Below, piece by piece: positions 39,234 through 53,558 of a DNA stretch of 64,000 nucleotides. The DNA is taken from the NCBI GenBank assembly GCA_028534125.1, contig CM052816.1:43340001-43404000 (forward strand), read 5' to 3'. Source of the stretch: Lama glama (Eukaryota). The notes under the pieces were generated by a model, which saw nothing but the letters and a program-made list of their open reading frames with translations, did no database searches and had not been told where the DNA came from. A program made the position numbers and the translations under genes. Position 1 is the stretch's first letter. Every line of letters starts with the position of its first letter.

Positions 39234-40479
39234 AATAGACAGTTTTTTCTGAACTAATAGATTTGAAAACTCTTTTGGATTGGTTATATACATAAATTTG
39301 CAGTTTATCAAGTCATCGGTATAATTATATACACATATATCCATAAATGAGTCATGTTTGAATATTTGTTTTGGAATAGGACTGATTTTGCACTAGCATT
39401 CTTTTTCTTGCACTAGTATTCTTCTAAAAATTGTGGGAAGAACGCACTGGAGGACTATTCAGGGAGGCTATCAATTAAATGATATGATTGGATGTCTCAA
39501 TGTGTGGGGCAGATAAAGAGCTATTGGTAATGCATGCACGAGATCGTTATACCTGGTGGTATGAGGAGGGTGGAGCTTAGGTAGGCATTCAGGACAAAGC
39601 ATGTTACAGAAGCAGAAAGGGCATGGGTTTAGGTTTGATGTAGGAATGAACATTTTACATATAGTGGGCAGTGGTGGTGGAGGGAGGCTTTGGAGCCATT
39701 TATATTGTCAAGGAATCCTGGGTCTGGCCTTTTAGGGTTAATGCCAGTTATAGCTTTTAAGTTTCAAGGAATTGCTCTATGACTGATCTTTAATTTTATT
39801 GTGTAGAAAATTTCAAATATGCCAGTAACAAGAAAAAAATAGCCTGTAATCCCACTACCCAGAGCTAGTCATTATTAACATTGTGGTGACTTGATATAAT
39901 TTCTTTGAAATTCCTGTTGTGCTTTTCATTAGGATTATGTCACATAAACAGTTTCCTAAAATAAATTAGAGTCTGAGGTATTCTCTAAATATATTTCTGA
40001 ATTCAAGATTCACTGGGTAACAGACCTGATGGTCATTGGTGAATTGGGTCACCATAGTTCCAGAAACTATTAAAGTCAAGTCAGCTTTGACTCATGTGAT
40101 TTGGTCCCATGCCTCCAGTCTTGTCTTTCCTCCCATCTTTCACATTTCTGCCAAGGTCTTTTCAACAATCGTATCATGCTCCTGGCTTACCTCCTTTGGT
40201 CAGGACAGAAGTTCAGCTTTTTAGCATAATAAGTCACCTCTGTGATCTTTCTTATGCCCTTTCTTCCTCATCTGCTCCTTTCCCCAGAGCTTCTTCAAGT
40301 TCTCAGTATATTGTGCACCCTTTTGCATATCTATAATTTTTTGCCTTTTCCTTTTGCTGAGAATTCCCTTTCTCTGTTTGTCCCTCTGTTCAGCAGCTAC
40401 TCTTTCTTTAGTACTCAACTCACATGCTGTTTTCTCTCTAAAGCCTTTATTCTAAGCCAGTTTCCCTCCCTTTTAGTAT

Positions 40480-40668
40480 CTGTAACATTTTCTACAAAAC
40501 TTGCAAACTGATTTCAGGGTTATTATGGCTATGTTCCAGCTTTATCCTTCTCATTAGACTGAGTTATTTAAGGGCAGGGGTCGTGTGTTATTTACACTAG
40601 TATCCGTGGAACTTAGTGTGGTACTGACTAGGTGTTTGAGCAGAATGTTTGTTGAATTAATAAATAAT
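40480..40668 (+). mobile_element. L2 3' end fragment
   Basis: attagactgagttatttaagggcagggg...aatgtttgttgaattaataaat. Confidence 0.7.
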
Positions 40669-43600
40669 CTTGTCTTTTCATCTAATACTGTCCTGCCAAG
40701 TATGGTGGCTGTAGCTAGAATGAGTGATAATTTTGGGGGTGACAGGTGAAGGAGTAAGATGACTACTAGTTCCGTTCAACTTTTCAAACATTTATTAAGC
40801 ATTCACAAATTGTAAGGTATGCTGCTAGGCATTGTGGAAATGGAAAACCAAAATGAAAAGGAATTTTAGGAGTTTGCAGCCTAATTCCCAGTTTTGATGA
40901 GTTGCTAGGGGATGATGGTCAGGAATATAATGAAGAGTTGAGAAGGAGAATGATCTTTGAAAACACAATTGTCACTGTATAGAAACATTTGTATAGTGCC
41001 TTAAAATTAACACAGTTCATTTGTTTACAGGTGGCCACAGACCTACATCACAGGTTGTAGCAGATGTTCTCAACATTTCTATTGAAATTTTCTTATCTGC
41101 GTTTGCAAGAGGAGCCTCAGAGCCTCGTTCCCTGGTAGCTACCGTGTTCTGGTATGATGCTGTGCTCTTCCACTCCATCATCCTGTGCTAGCAGAGGATC
41201 TGGGTTAGAATTTAGCTGTTTGTTATTACAAGCAGCTATGTAGAGCTGAAAGTAGAAGGTTTCAATAATACTGATATTGTGAATTCTTTGAGATTGTGTA
41301 CCATGTCTTGTTGTTTTTATACCTGTCACAAAACCTCAAATAGTGAGTGCCTTGCTCCTCATAGGTACTTAGCATTGTGATTTTGTTTGAATTGTATCGA
41401 GTTGTTAGCTGCTTCTTACTGACTTTTTAAACAAATGTTAATCTAATTTTTTACTCCCTTAAATAATAAAGAAGCACATAACAATACTTTTACTGAAAAC
41501 TGTGTCTTCAGTAATGTCTAACCAGCTTCTTAGGTCTTATGAAGGAAGTTCAACTGGCAACTGATAAAATTCCCTATCAGGAATATTTGATTACAAAATC
41601 TCTGTTCTGCATTAACATAAATGAACACTGTAGCTAGTAACAAAAGTATTTTTCTCTTCATAAAAAAGTAGAGGATTTTTCAGAATTCTGGGAAATGTCA
41701 AAATAATTTTGGCTGTAGTTATGCTGCATTGAATGCTATTGAGAATATTGCTAACATTAACAAAAATATTCTATAATTTCCTCAGTTATTGCTACTGGTG
41801 ATGAGGGATGTAAAGTTGGCATGCTTTCATGTTTTGAGCATTTTCATTATACACTTTGGATTTTACATGTCAGAAGCAATTTTTGTTTTAGTTAAGACAG
41901 CTGAGAACATTTTCACTTAGGGATAGTGGTCAGGCTCTGATTATTTGTATTTTTAGGTCAGTGATACACAAAATACGATTAATGTATCAGAATAAATGCA
42001 TATATAGTTTTGTATGTATTATACAGTATTTATATATTTCTGTGACTTTATTTTTAGTTCATCAAAACATACTGGTTTGAGAGCAAGGCATAGGTTTCAT
42101 TTTTATATTGATCATTTAATTTTGTTATTGTTTGTGACCACTGGTAACACTCATCTTGCAGATATAAGCTGTTATTCATCAGGGAGCTTTGGCAAGAGAA
42201 TGGCTAGATCAGCAGGTCCATCTCCGCTGTGGAAAAACAACTTGAAGCTCATCTCTGTTGACGGTGAGTCAGTGTCATCTTCAAACAGGAAAGATCATGC
42301 TTGCATTATGTTATGTTTTCAGTGCTATCAAACAACAGTTTGGTTTAATGTTTGTCTTATGAGACATTATTAGAATGCTGAACCATAATGCTTCGTTATT
42401 TCAGTCTAAAGGATTGCATAAAAGTCAGCCTAAAGGTAAAAAGGAATGAAAGTAATAATTTGGTATTTATGAATATGCCTAAAAGTAGCTTGATTAGTCT
42501 CTCTCTGTCATCTCTATTCTTATTTCCATATAACACATGGTAGCTAACTTCTAATTCATGACTTCTTTTGAATAAATACTGGCTAGAACAGAATTACATC
42601 TATTACATACTTATTTTAAAATATATTACTTATTTTAGGAAATTTCAGGATAACTGCAGTGTCAGTGTATAGATTCTTTTCCATTTTCCAATACATAAAT
42701 TATTTGGTCTTTCAACTGGTAGCCGTTGTTAATGCTTGCTGCAGGCTTGCTATCCCAGACGTGCAGTGGATGACTACATATATACAGTTAACATTATTAC
42801 AAGAGTTAGTAGTGAATTTACATAGCAAGCTGTAGTTCAGGTTAGTATCATTTAATGCATACTTAATAATCATAACTTCATTTTACTGTGCTAATTACAT
42901 TTGTGACTTGACCCAACCTTAATATGAATGTGTGTGTATGTGTATATATACATACATATATGAATGCGTGTATGTAGAAGTAACTTGATAGTTACTCATA
43001 TTGTTTTGGACCTCTTTATTCTAGTTGTTTTCATTTGAGTCATCTCCATTGTCAAATTGTCAAAGTAAATTTTCTGTTACAGTCTTACTTTGCTAGTATT
43101 CTGCCTTTTTTGTTGTTATTGTTATTTTTTTCTTTTTTTCTTTTGGGGTATAAACAAATCCCAAAGTCAGAAAGTGGTAGGACTGATGCTCACTAAGTCA
43201 AAAGCATGGCCTAACTCTAGGGAGAGGATCCTTACACTACAAGTACATGTCATTACATGAGTATAACCAGCCTTACCATCTGTACTCAATTTTTTTGTAA
43301 GAGCCCATGAAATAAAAAAGTAATGATATGGCACTGTATTTGGAGAATAGGTTTGATTGTACAATTTTCTATTTCTCAAAAAGGCTTTCAGTATTCCTAT
43401 TGTAAGATTGGACTCTTCCTTCCCATGCTCTGTAAGTTATTAAGTGTAACTTGATACATTTTTCAAAATTTTTTCCCTTGAAAACATTATTTTTAGACAG
43501 TTTATCTCATATTAATATTACTATTTTCACATTAAGCCTACATCAAACATTTTCAGCTGGACTAGACTTTGGACATTTCTTTAATAGTATAATGCAAGTC

Positions 43601-43669
43601 AAATAAAATTATTTAGTGTATAAACTTGAGTTTATCATAACTAGAATAATTTCTGTCATAGCTATAATA

Positions 43670-43880
43670 ATATACTATTTATTGAATAATTGGTATTTGT
43701 TTAGCTCTATACTAAGTACTTTCTGGATCTTATTGTATTTTCACAACAGTGTTATGGAGCAGGAATAATTATCCTAGGTTCATAGATAAGGAAACTAAGA
43801 CTTAAAGAGTTCAATAATTTGTATAAGGTCAGTGGCTGACCCAGGATCCAGCCCCAGGCTGTCTGACCTCAGAGCATCTG
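43670..43880 (-). mobile_element. MIR SINE
   Basis: tatttattgaat...atagataaggaaactaagacttaaagagt...ccaggctgtctgacctcagagc. Confidence 0.75.
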
Positions 43881-44559
43881 TCAGAGCTCCTGTTTATCAG
43901 TGCAGTATTAAGCTGCAGGAAGCTGTTATGTATGCAATTCGAGACTAGGCTGCTTCACTTTGAAGCGTAGTCTGGGTAGTTCACAATGATTTTATATGCC
44001 TGATTGAGGTACACCAAGATGTGTCTGTGTGAAACATTCGGTTTTGTGACTTTATGTGGACATAACTTTTGACAGTCTGTCAGTATGTTATGCATACTTA
44101 ATGTTGTGTGTGTATGCATATGCACATATCCCAGGTATGAATTCCTTTAGTAGGATCATGATGAGCTTCCTTGGTAAACGTGGTGTATCTTTACTGTCTG
44201 CCCTACTCTTTAGGTAGTAGACTTGCTGTTTAGTTCACAAGTTTGCTAGAGGCTGAGTGCCTTGTTCTGGGAGATTATTTACATATGACTATAAAACAGG
44301 GATGCTAACATGACAATATTAGTTCTCTAACAGATACATAATGAAATGTGAATTGTTACTTTGACCATTGTTGAGGAAAGCCAAATGCATAAATTATTTA
44401 GACATTATGGAAACCTATGGTCCTATGATTTTTATGCTTAAAATTCTTCAATGATTTCTATTGTTTATAAGGTGTATGTTATATTCTCTTTAGTGTACAT
44501 ATTGGTCTTTTGTTATTGGGCCATTGCATGTGCTTCAGGCTTACCTCTGGCAGCCCTCT

Positions 44560-45018
44560 CCATTGTCAGTCAACATCATATATACTCCTTACATGCTGAC
44601 CTCACTTCAACTGAACAGTTTGCTAGTCAGCCTACCATAATTAACTATTTGGCACTTTTTCTTCATTCATATTTCCCTCTTACCATTGTGATCTTTCCTC
44701 CTTGCTCCCTGGTGAATACCAACTTTTCATTCAAGATACAGCTTTGCTGTCTCTCTGAAGCCTTTCGTGTCTACTGACCTCTGTTGTTGAACCTTATGTT
44801 CTCTGAGTCTTTCCAGTACATAGTTCTAGAACCTGTATTTTATTGCACTTATTTACCTATATGTCTCTTTCTAGCTTGACTATGGATTTCTTAAGGGCAG
44901 GTACAAAGGCTGTGTGTCTAATTCACTTTTCCGTCCTCAAGTTTTTAGCACAATATCTGGCACATAGTAGATGTCTAATAAGCATTTGTTGAATGAATAA
45001 ATGAATGAGTGAACGAAT
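44560..45018 (+). mobile_element. L2 3' region
   Basis: tagcacaatatctggcacatagtagatgtctaataagcatttgttgaatgaataaatgaatg is the L2 tail. Confidence 0.82.
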
Positions 45019-48000
45019 GGTTAATCTAGGAAAGAAAGGAAAAGAAAAGGTAGGAAAGAAAAAGATGATCCTCACAATTGGTGTGATAATGGTGATAAAG
45101 TGAATTCCACGGTAGAGTGCTGTTACACTTTTCAGGGAACATTCAATCTGGAAACAGTATCTTTTCTGAGATCTTACCATAATCATACTGGCTTCTTGGA
45201 GTCAATATAGTGTACGCCTGGAGTTTTGTTATCTTGAACAACCTAATGTTTGTTATTGGAAATTAACCCACAAAACTTAGTTGAGTTTTTCACAAATATT
45301 AGATTTCAGTGAGTACAATAGACCTTGACTTAAGAACTTATTACTTTCCTTAAGGAGGGCCACATGTGCTCTGGTGTTACAATCCATCTAAAATTGGATT
45401 AAGACTTTTCTGCTGGAAAATTATGAAAAGTAAGTCAAAGAATGAACCTACTTAGTATCACATTTAAAGTTCTGTTTGCTTTAAAACTGTAACTCTTACA
45501 TCATGCAATCCTGATTAAAATGCTAATAATGGGCAGTATTATCAGAATGACAAAGTCTTACATAGCTTAGCAGTTTTACATTTTGAAAAATATGAGTTTA
45601 TCATATTACCCCTTTAGTATTATGCCAAACTTTAAGTTGTTATAATGTAATAAAATTGTGTTAATTATATATATATCTGTTGTCTAATTCAATATGATTA
45701 TATATTATAATTTAATAATATGTACTATGTATGGTTAATAAGAAATACATATTACTTAATGTATATTAGAGGTCAAATGTTCTTTGGCCATCAGCTTATA
45801 ATTTTAACTGAGTAAATAGTATACAATGAAATTATTAAAGGGAGGTTTAAGGCTTTTGATATTAACTAGATTAGTTAAATGATTTTACTTGCTTTAGACT
45901 AGAAATAGCTTAGAAAATTTGGAATAGTATAAGCTATGCAGAAATAGCATATTCACTATATAATTTAAATAAAATAAAGAGAGTATTGAGGGGGTTGTAA
46001 GGAGTGAAATTTTCTTTGCTCAAGCTATAAACACTAAGACTTTTAATTTTGTAGGAAGACATTAGATACTTTGGTCATTCAACTTGTATATCCTTCAGCC
46101 TGTTTAACAGGCTATTAATAGTCAAAAACTTCTAAGTAAATATGTGCGATTTGATTTGTCATGCTGAGAAACAGTGATCAAAAGTGGCAATAAAAGTCAC
46201 ATAATGAAATAAGAATACTAAAAAAATCCAGGGATTTTACTGTGGCTCATTATTCATTCCATTTCTGGCAGCCTTCATGATTACAAATCACTTGATTGAC
46301 TAACTAGACATTCTCAAAGTGAATTATGAATCAGGTTCATTTTTCCTGGTTGATAGTTGGCACATGCTGTAAGTCTTATACTTTGTGATATATCAAATTC
46401 TTGTAACAGTAATAAGAGATATAATCAACTCTTTATTTCAGGAAATCTAAATTGCCTTTTCAAAAAATGAAATGCGGTTGCTAACATTTTAACAATACAG
46501 TGTAATTCCTGCCTTTGTATCCCAGTGTGGAATTCACAGTGATGACGTTATTTTTGATTCAAAAAAAAAACCTTTGGAATGATTTTCCATCAAGCATAAA
46601 ACTCCTATTGATATCAGTCCTATAGGTTGCTTGGGCTCAGTTGGCTGAGCCTAGATTGCAAAACAGTTATGCTCCTTTTCTTAGTATTTGAAAAAAAGTG
46701 CATGATGGAGGAATTGTATGTTTTTAACATTTTCCTTTGAAGGAAGTGCAGTTTTCCCTGAATACCTAATTTGTAATGAAGCCATGATGTTGCAGACTTT
46801 AAAATGTGAAGCATTTTTGATGGTTAGTAATAGAGAGGATCTCTGTTTGAGTAGGGAAATGGGTCCATAGTGGCTTGAATCTTGACTCTTTCCATTCCTG
46901 AAACCTGAATCAAGGAGATCAGTTCTGCTTTCAAATGCCTTTGTTTCTCTTTTGACTTAGTAAGAATTCTTCATGCATAACTACACTGGCATTTGAATGG
47001 CAGAAAATTCCTATAGTAAAACTGCATTTTCTTTGATCCCATCCACCCAAGCAATTGAAAATAAAATGGGTGCCTTTAATGTTTTTAAATTTGAGAATCT
47101 TGCACAAAATTCAGTCATTGCTGTAGTAAAAGTGTAGTAAAAGCCTACATTCTGAGGCATGGGAGTGTAGGGCCCCCGTTGTTTAACAGTATTATTATGA
47201 GATCCTCTTACTAATAAAAATATTATATATGATAGATTAATTCTGTTACTTTTAAAGGCAAAATCATCAAAATTAACAGAAACTTGGCATGTATAAAGGT
47301 CATATAATTGCACTGCCATCATTTCCCTTGATGTAAAAGAAGAGGAATTAGTATTTCAGAGTCCCACTGCTTTTTAACTTACCTTCTTTGCTTTCTTTTA
47401 TGAATAAGATTTATTTATATTAGAATCAAAAATTGTTTTATTGCTATTTCATTCTTTTTAAAATATGTTTTACAAAAGTATTTTTTCTGAATAATATTCT
47501 CCTACTATATTAATTTATATGAAAAGGTGGAATAGTAACTTATAATTACACATAATTTTATAAACACAGTTACAAGCTGTTTATTTTAGTGTTGTGCTCT
47601 CTCTAAAATTTTCTAAAGTTCTTGAATTTATGCTTTAACTACCTTGAAATTTAATTCCTAATCCCCTAATACCATTAACTACCATGTGCCTAGTAGTTAA
47701 AATTGCTATTAAACATCTTTTATGGGATTAAAATTTTATTCCTGATTAGGCGATGAATTATATATATGTAATCAGTTATTACATTCATTTAAAAATTATG
47801 ACCAAAAGATTAATCCTCCAAACGTGTTTTTAACAATATAAACCATTCTAGTAGAATTGGAATTAAGGAATTAGAAATGGTGAGACAAAAGGATCAATTT
47901 ATTAATTATAGAAAAAAACTTTAAATCTTTTATAACTTTGGTAGATTTTGTGAAATGACCATACACTAAAGTGGGGCCATAAAATGCTGCCACTTTCCAG

Positions 48001-49225
48001 CCTGGCTCTGCTTTTTACCTCTGTGATATAGATGTATGTTTGGAATCTAGAAGGATTATTACACTTCTTTAAGTATGCTGAGGTAGGCAATATATGGTAA
48101 AATGGGCTTTTGTTGCTGTGACTTGACCATAAGACTTAGGAATAGAGGAAGACTGGGTTGGAAAGGAGGAGACAAAAAATATTTTTTGAGGCTGAACTGA
48201 ATAATTTTGATCATTTGTTTAGGTTGACTAAATAAAATAGATTTGTAGATTGTCTTCACTTTGTGAAGTACAACTTGATTGCTTCCATTAATTGATTCCC
48301 TTGAACAGTTTAACATTAGTATAGTCATTGTGAGAGGGAATGGAAGTATCTGGAGATTATGGGAAAACTGAGGGAGAATATTCAAGAAAAAATTTCTGGT
48401 ATTTGCCTTTGTAGGTGAGTGTTTAAAGGGGTCAGGATGTCCAGTATAAATAAAGTCTGCCAAAGGCTTGTATTCCAGAGTTTACACTTTAACTCTTGAC
48501 ATTTATTATCTGTCCCTTTCCCACTGAAAGTACAGGAAAATAAAACATGCATTTTTGTAACATGGTCCAATTGTCTCATATTACATAAAAATTTTTGCAT
48601 TTCTCAATGTCAGCATTACATTGGTGTACTTCTAGTTTTGTACAATAAAAGGGACATTTTCTATACTGGTGATATAAAGTGAGTTTTCAAATAGCATCTG
48701 ATGTATTAACATTTATGGCCCTTTTGAATGTTTGGTTAAATCCTTGGCATAGATTGATAAGCTCTTTATATCTCTTGTTTAGGCATATGCTAAAGGGTAG
48801 AGCTACAGGTTAATACGTGTAGAGTACACAATTATGATATTTTATTTTTTATTACATGAACACTAATATGGTATAAGTGCGCTCTGTATGATTTTAGGCC
48901 TGTATGCTGTTGATGTTATGGATAATCTTTAAAAGAATTTTCTTTTAGAACCTCCTTTTAATTGGATTTGATGATAAATGGTTTTGTTCCCAAGAAATCT
49001 CTATATTATTATGCAAAAAGATTCAAGCGACATGAATTTTAAGGGTGATAGATGCTGGTTGGAATCAGTAATTTAGGATTGATATCAAAGAAGAGCAGAA
49101 AAAAGGCATTTTGTTTTAGTTAAAACTGAAGGTCATAAACAACATATAATATTATGTTGGTGTGTTCTACTTCATATGTCTACTTAGTACCTTAAAGCTT
49201 CAAAACAGTCATTGACTTTAGTTGG

Positions 49226-49515
49226 TACATTAGTCAGGGTTCCCCAGAGAAACAACCAGTGAGATAACATATAACATATGTGTATACACGTGCACAGTTG
49301 TGACTAATTTCAAGAAAGTGGCTCACATGACTGTGGGGACTGGCAAGTCTAAAATCTGTAGAGTAAGTTGGTGGTCTGTAAACTTAGGTGGAAGATAATG
49401 TTGCATTCTGGAGGCAGAATTACTTCTTGTCTGGGACCTTCACCTAAATTAGTGTTTAATTAAATAACTGGGTATGATAGCATAACCAATATGACACATA
49501 AAAGTAACCGTCACA
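49226..49515 (-). mobile_element. ERVL solo LTR (MLT2-like), internally deleted
   Basis: attagtcagggttccccagagaaaca...tggctcacatgactgtggggactggcaagtctaaaatctgtag...tgacacataaaagtaaccgtcaca. Confidence 0.8.
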
Positions 49516-50247
49516 GTTGGTCATTAAAAAGGTATTTATGTCACAAGGCACAGAAATACTTAGGGTCAAACTGTCAAACTCACTACATAATGTATTAGGC
49601 AGCTTTCTTGACATGAAAACTATCCGTTCCAGAGAGAATAGCTGATACCCGTTTGTTCATTAAAAATATTAATTGAGTGCTCTGTATGTGCCTGTACGGG
49701 GAAAGAATGGCATGCAAAACCTGGCGTCTGACCTTCTTTTGAAAGTAATCTTTTTCTGCCCCTCCCCACATCCTACCCTGATTGCTTTTAAGATCTTTCT
49801 CTTTCCTTTTGATTTTAAATAGTTTCATGATGATGTGTTTAAGTGTGGATTTCCGTTTATTAATACTGCTTGGAAATTTTTGGCTTCTTGATTATGTGAA
49901 TTGATGCCTTTCATCAGTTTTGGAAATTCTGTTGATCTCTTCAAATACCATTTTTCATTGACTAAAATACCATCAGTTTTAAGATACATCATTTATGTAC
50001 CAGTAAAAGAGGAAAAATACTAATTCCTTAATAATAGTGTATTATTTAATGTTTGAATTGGTCATATTGACCCTGGTTGCTTAACAATTTGTCATTTTCT
50101 CAAAGGATTTGACAAGCATTTCCTCGGTGGCATTGCTTGATATATAGTCTTTTACATGTGTCTCTGTAAGAAAGCCTATCACAATTTCATATACTTGTAT
50201 TTTTCTTTCTTAGATCCTGTAAGTGGTTAGCTGCTTTTTCAAGGTAA

Positions 50248-50598
50248 CTGAGTCAGTTCAGACTGCTATAACAAAATACCATATTTTGGGTGGAAACAGC
50301 AAACACTTATCTCCCACAGTTCTGAAAGCTGAGAAATCTTAAGGTCAAGGTGCTGGCATATTCAGTGTCTGGGAGGGCCCTCTTCCTGGTTTGTAGATGG
50401 CCACCTTCTTGTTGTATTTTCACATAGTGGGGAGGAGGGATCATCTCTCTCATGTCTCTTCTTATAAGGGCACTAATCCCATTCATGAGAGTTCCACCCT
50501 CAAGATCTAAATTACCTTCCAAAGGTCCTACCTCTAAATACATCAAATTAGGATTAGGACCTCAACATATGGACTTTAGGTCTATTCTGCTGATAGCA
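50248..50598 (-). mobile_element. MaLR solo LTR (MLT1A-like)
   Basis: gctataacaaaatacca...tcttataagggcactaatcccattcatgag...tcaacatatggacttt. Confidence 0.85.
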
Positions 50599-50759
50599 CA
50601 AGAGTATAATGACCACTTATTTGTGGCCATTATTTCAGTTACGAATATTTGCTTCACTAATGTCAGATTGTGTGCCTCTATATACACAGTAGCTTTTAAA
50701 AAAGTTTTTCTTAAGTGTAATATACATCACAATAACTTCTCAGTGGCAAATCATAGTTT

Positions 50760-51810
50760 TTAAAATTTTACTTTTTCAAGGTGTACAGTGTGATGATTTA
50801 ATATACATATAAATTGTGAAGTGATTACCATAATTAAGTTAATTAATGATCCATCACCTCACTTAGTTACCATTTTTTTTTTTGTGGTGTGAACACTTAA
50901 GATCTACTTTTTTTTTTTTTAGCGAATTTCAAGTATACAAGGCAGTATTTTAAACTATAATGCTATAAATTAGATCCTTGGAACTTACTCATGTTACAAC
51001 TGAATTTTTGTACCCTATGGACAATGTCTCCTTCTCCTGGCAACCACTGTTCTACTGTCTGGTTCTATGAGTTTGACTTTTTAGATTCCACATGTAAGTG
51101 AGATTATACAGTATTTGTCTTTCTCTGATTTATTTCACTTAGTATAATGTCCTCCAAGTTCATCCATACTGTTGAAAATGACAGAATTTCCTTCTTTTTG
51201 TGGCTGAATAATATTCCATTGTGTACACACACACGCACACACACACACATTCACACATACATATGTATATACACGTATCTTTATCTGTTCATCTGTTGAC
51301 AGACACTTAGGTTATTTCCATACCTTCACTGTTGTGAATAATGCTGCAGTAAATGTGAGCACGTAGATACCTCTTTGAGTTAATGATCTTATTTCCTTCG
51401 GATATATACCTAGAAGTAGGATTGCTGGATCATATGGTAGTTCTGTTTTTTAATTTCTTGAGGAACTTCCATACTTTTTTCCAAAATAGCCATATCATTT
51501 ATATTCCAACCAACAATGTGCAAAGGTTCCCTTTTCTCCACATCCTTGCTAGCACTGGTTATTTCTTGTCTTTTTGATAATAGCCATCTTAATAGGTGTG
51601 AGGTGTTAGCTCATTCTGGTTTTAATTTGCATTTCCCTGATGATTAGTAATGGTGAACACCTTTTCATACACCTGTTGGCAATTTGTATGTCTTCTTTGG
51701 AAAAATGTCTATTCAGATCTTTTGCCCATTTTTTTTTGCTATTGAGTTGTAATAGCTATATATTTTGGATATTAATCTCATCATATATATATATATGATT
51801 TGTATATATT
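50760..51810 (-). mobile_element. L1 (L1MA-like) 3' end, probably nested in older L1 fragments (about 49730-49950 and 51810-52400)
   Basis: L1 3' UTR and ORF2 C-terminal hallmarks (atatacctagaagtaggattgctggatcatatggtagttct; tttgcatttccctgatgattagt). Confidence 0.88.
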
Positions 51811-52802
51811 GGGTTTTAAATTTCAGTCATTGTATTTTTAATGTCTAGAAATTATATATGATTCTTTTTCAGATCTACTCTTTCACTTTTTATAGTTTCC
51901 TATACCTACATATATTTTCAAACATGCTATTTATTTATTTTTAATGTAGTAAGCATAGTTTTGTAATTTGTTTCTGATAATTCTAGTATTTGAAGTCTTA
52001 ATGGGTCTCTTTCAGTTGTCTTTTATTTATGCAAGCTTTTGCCCATGGTACCTTGTTTCCTTGTGTGCTTGGTTATCTTTTTCATTGCCCTTGCAAAATT
52101 TTTTGGAGAGTTCTGGAGACATAGAGGATAGCTACCTTCCTATAGGGAGGATTTGCATTTGATTGTACCAAAGAACCTAGTACCATTTCACCAAAATCAC
52201 AGCTTGAGATTTCATACTCAGTCAAGGTAATGAGAACCTGGTCAGCAGATGCCTACAACAAGGGCCAGCCTATGGGCAAAGATTTTCACTAGTGGAAGGC
52301 TTAGAGTTTTATGGTTTCAGGTTTTATATTTCAGTCTTTAATCCATTTCAAGTTAATTTTTGTGAGTGGTATGAGTTAGGGGTCCAATTTTATTCTTTTG
52401 CGTCTGAGAACAGAGATCCCCCTCTTTTTCCTTCTCTTTTTACCCCTGCTCTTAGTGCCAAAGCAACCTTCATTGAAGGGGTGGAGTTGGGCATGGCAAG
52501 GACCGGTTTCATTCCAGGTATTGCCTTTTAAGTCCAACTTAATATGATGAGTTTTCTATTACCTACTCCACCTTAGGTAAGGCTCTTCACCTTCAATGTT
52601 TGAAAACTGAAGCTTAAATTTGCGAGTGAGCAAATGTCTTCATAGGAGTTGATGTTTTGCTTACTAGAGAGATAGCATTGGGTTTATATTTCACTCAGCA
52701 TTTGGCCTGACAGTTCCCCATTATCATGTCAGCTCAGTGCTTTAAGTTGATGGCATTTAAAAAAATTCTTCACTTTTAGTTTTCAGCAGGAGGGATGGTC
52801 TC

Positions 52803-53012
52803 AAGTAGTATTCTTAGTTGGGGATGATTTTGTCCCCTTGAAGGACATTGGCAATGTCTGGAGACATTTTTGATTCTTACCCTTGGGGTTAGTTGAGCCA
52901 TGGCATCTAGTCAGTAGAGACCAGCAGTGCTTCTAAATATTCTACAATGCATAGGACAGCCTCCTGCAACAAAAAATTATCTGGCTTCAAATGCCAATAA
53001 TGCCAAGGTCTA
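52803..53012 (+). mobile_element. MER20 (hAT-Charlie) DNA transposon
   Basis: ggacattggcaatgtctggagacatttttg...ctacaatgcataggacagcctcctgcaacaaaaaattatctggc. Confidence 0.88.
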
Positions 53013-53235
53013 AATAATTTAGACTTCCATTACTGAAAATAGAAATTCAAGAAGATAGTTTATAATTTAAAAATTTGGAGGCTTGAATAAACTATTGTAC
53101 TTTCACAAATTTTATTTCATACTAATGTATATCAAATTTCATATTCCAACTACAGAAAATTTCCTAAAACAATTTTTATTCATGAGTATTACTATTAAAA
53201 TCACACTTTAATGTGTTTGTCCTAGTACTTGTTGG

Positions 53236-53558
53236 TAGGGTTGAAACTAGGGTAAGGTGAGCAATGCACTTGCCTTAGGCATGAAATCCATGATGCTCAA
53301 AATATCAAAATTTTAAATAGAGACAGAACCACTAACTATGTTGTGCCATATTGGAGCTTGAGGCAAAAAGAAAAATCAGTAATACTGACTATGTATGATT
53401 TTAAAATTTTCAAATTTTGTGCATCATAAATTTTTGCATAAATTTTGATAATTTAAAATAAGGCATTAAAATATTATTTATCTTGATTGGTGAATTTTTT
53501 GGCACCCTCTTAAATTTGCACCCAAGGTGCCTACTCCTCTTATTTAAGTCCTGGCCCT
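53236..53558. mobile_element. MER96B-like (hAT-Tip100) DNA transposon remnant
   Basis: Degenerate TIRs agggttgaaactagggtaagg / aagtcctggccct; internal ccatattggagcttgaggcaaaa and tatttatcttgatt. Confidence 0.7.

Larger units (their letters stand above)
17712..42263 (+). ncRNA. NR2F1-AS1: Putative divergent lncRNA (NR2F1-AS1 / lnc-NR2F1-like); candidate exons about 17712-17935, 28490-28601, 41031-41151, 42162-42263; probably continues beyond
   Basis: A divergent lncRNA is known at the human and mouse locus. Splice-consensus-bounded unique segments on +, and minus-strand bias of L1/LTR inserts. Exon structure is predicted only. Confidence 0.45.

Noticed and set aside
39388..39424. 20-nt-period direct repeat TTGCACTAG(C/T)ATTCTT x2
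   Set aside because: Two-copy local duplication; not an array, and no CRISPR-like or other structure.
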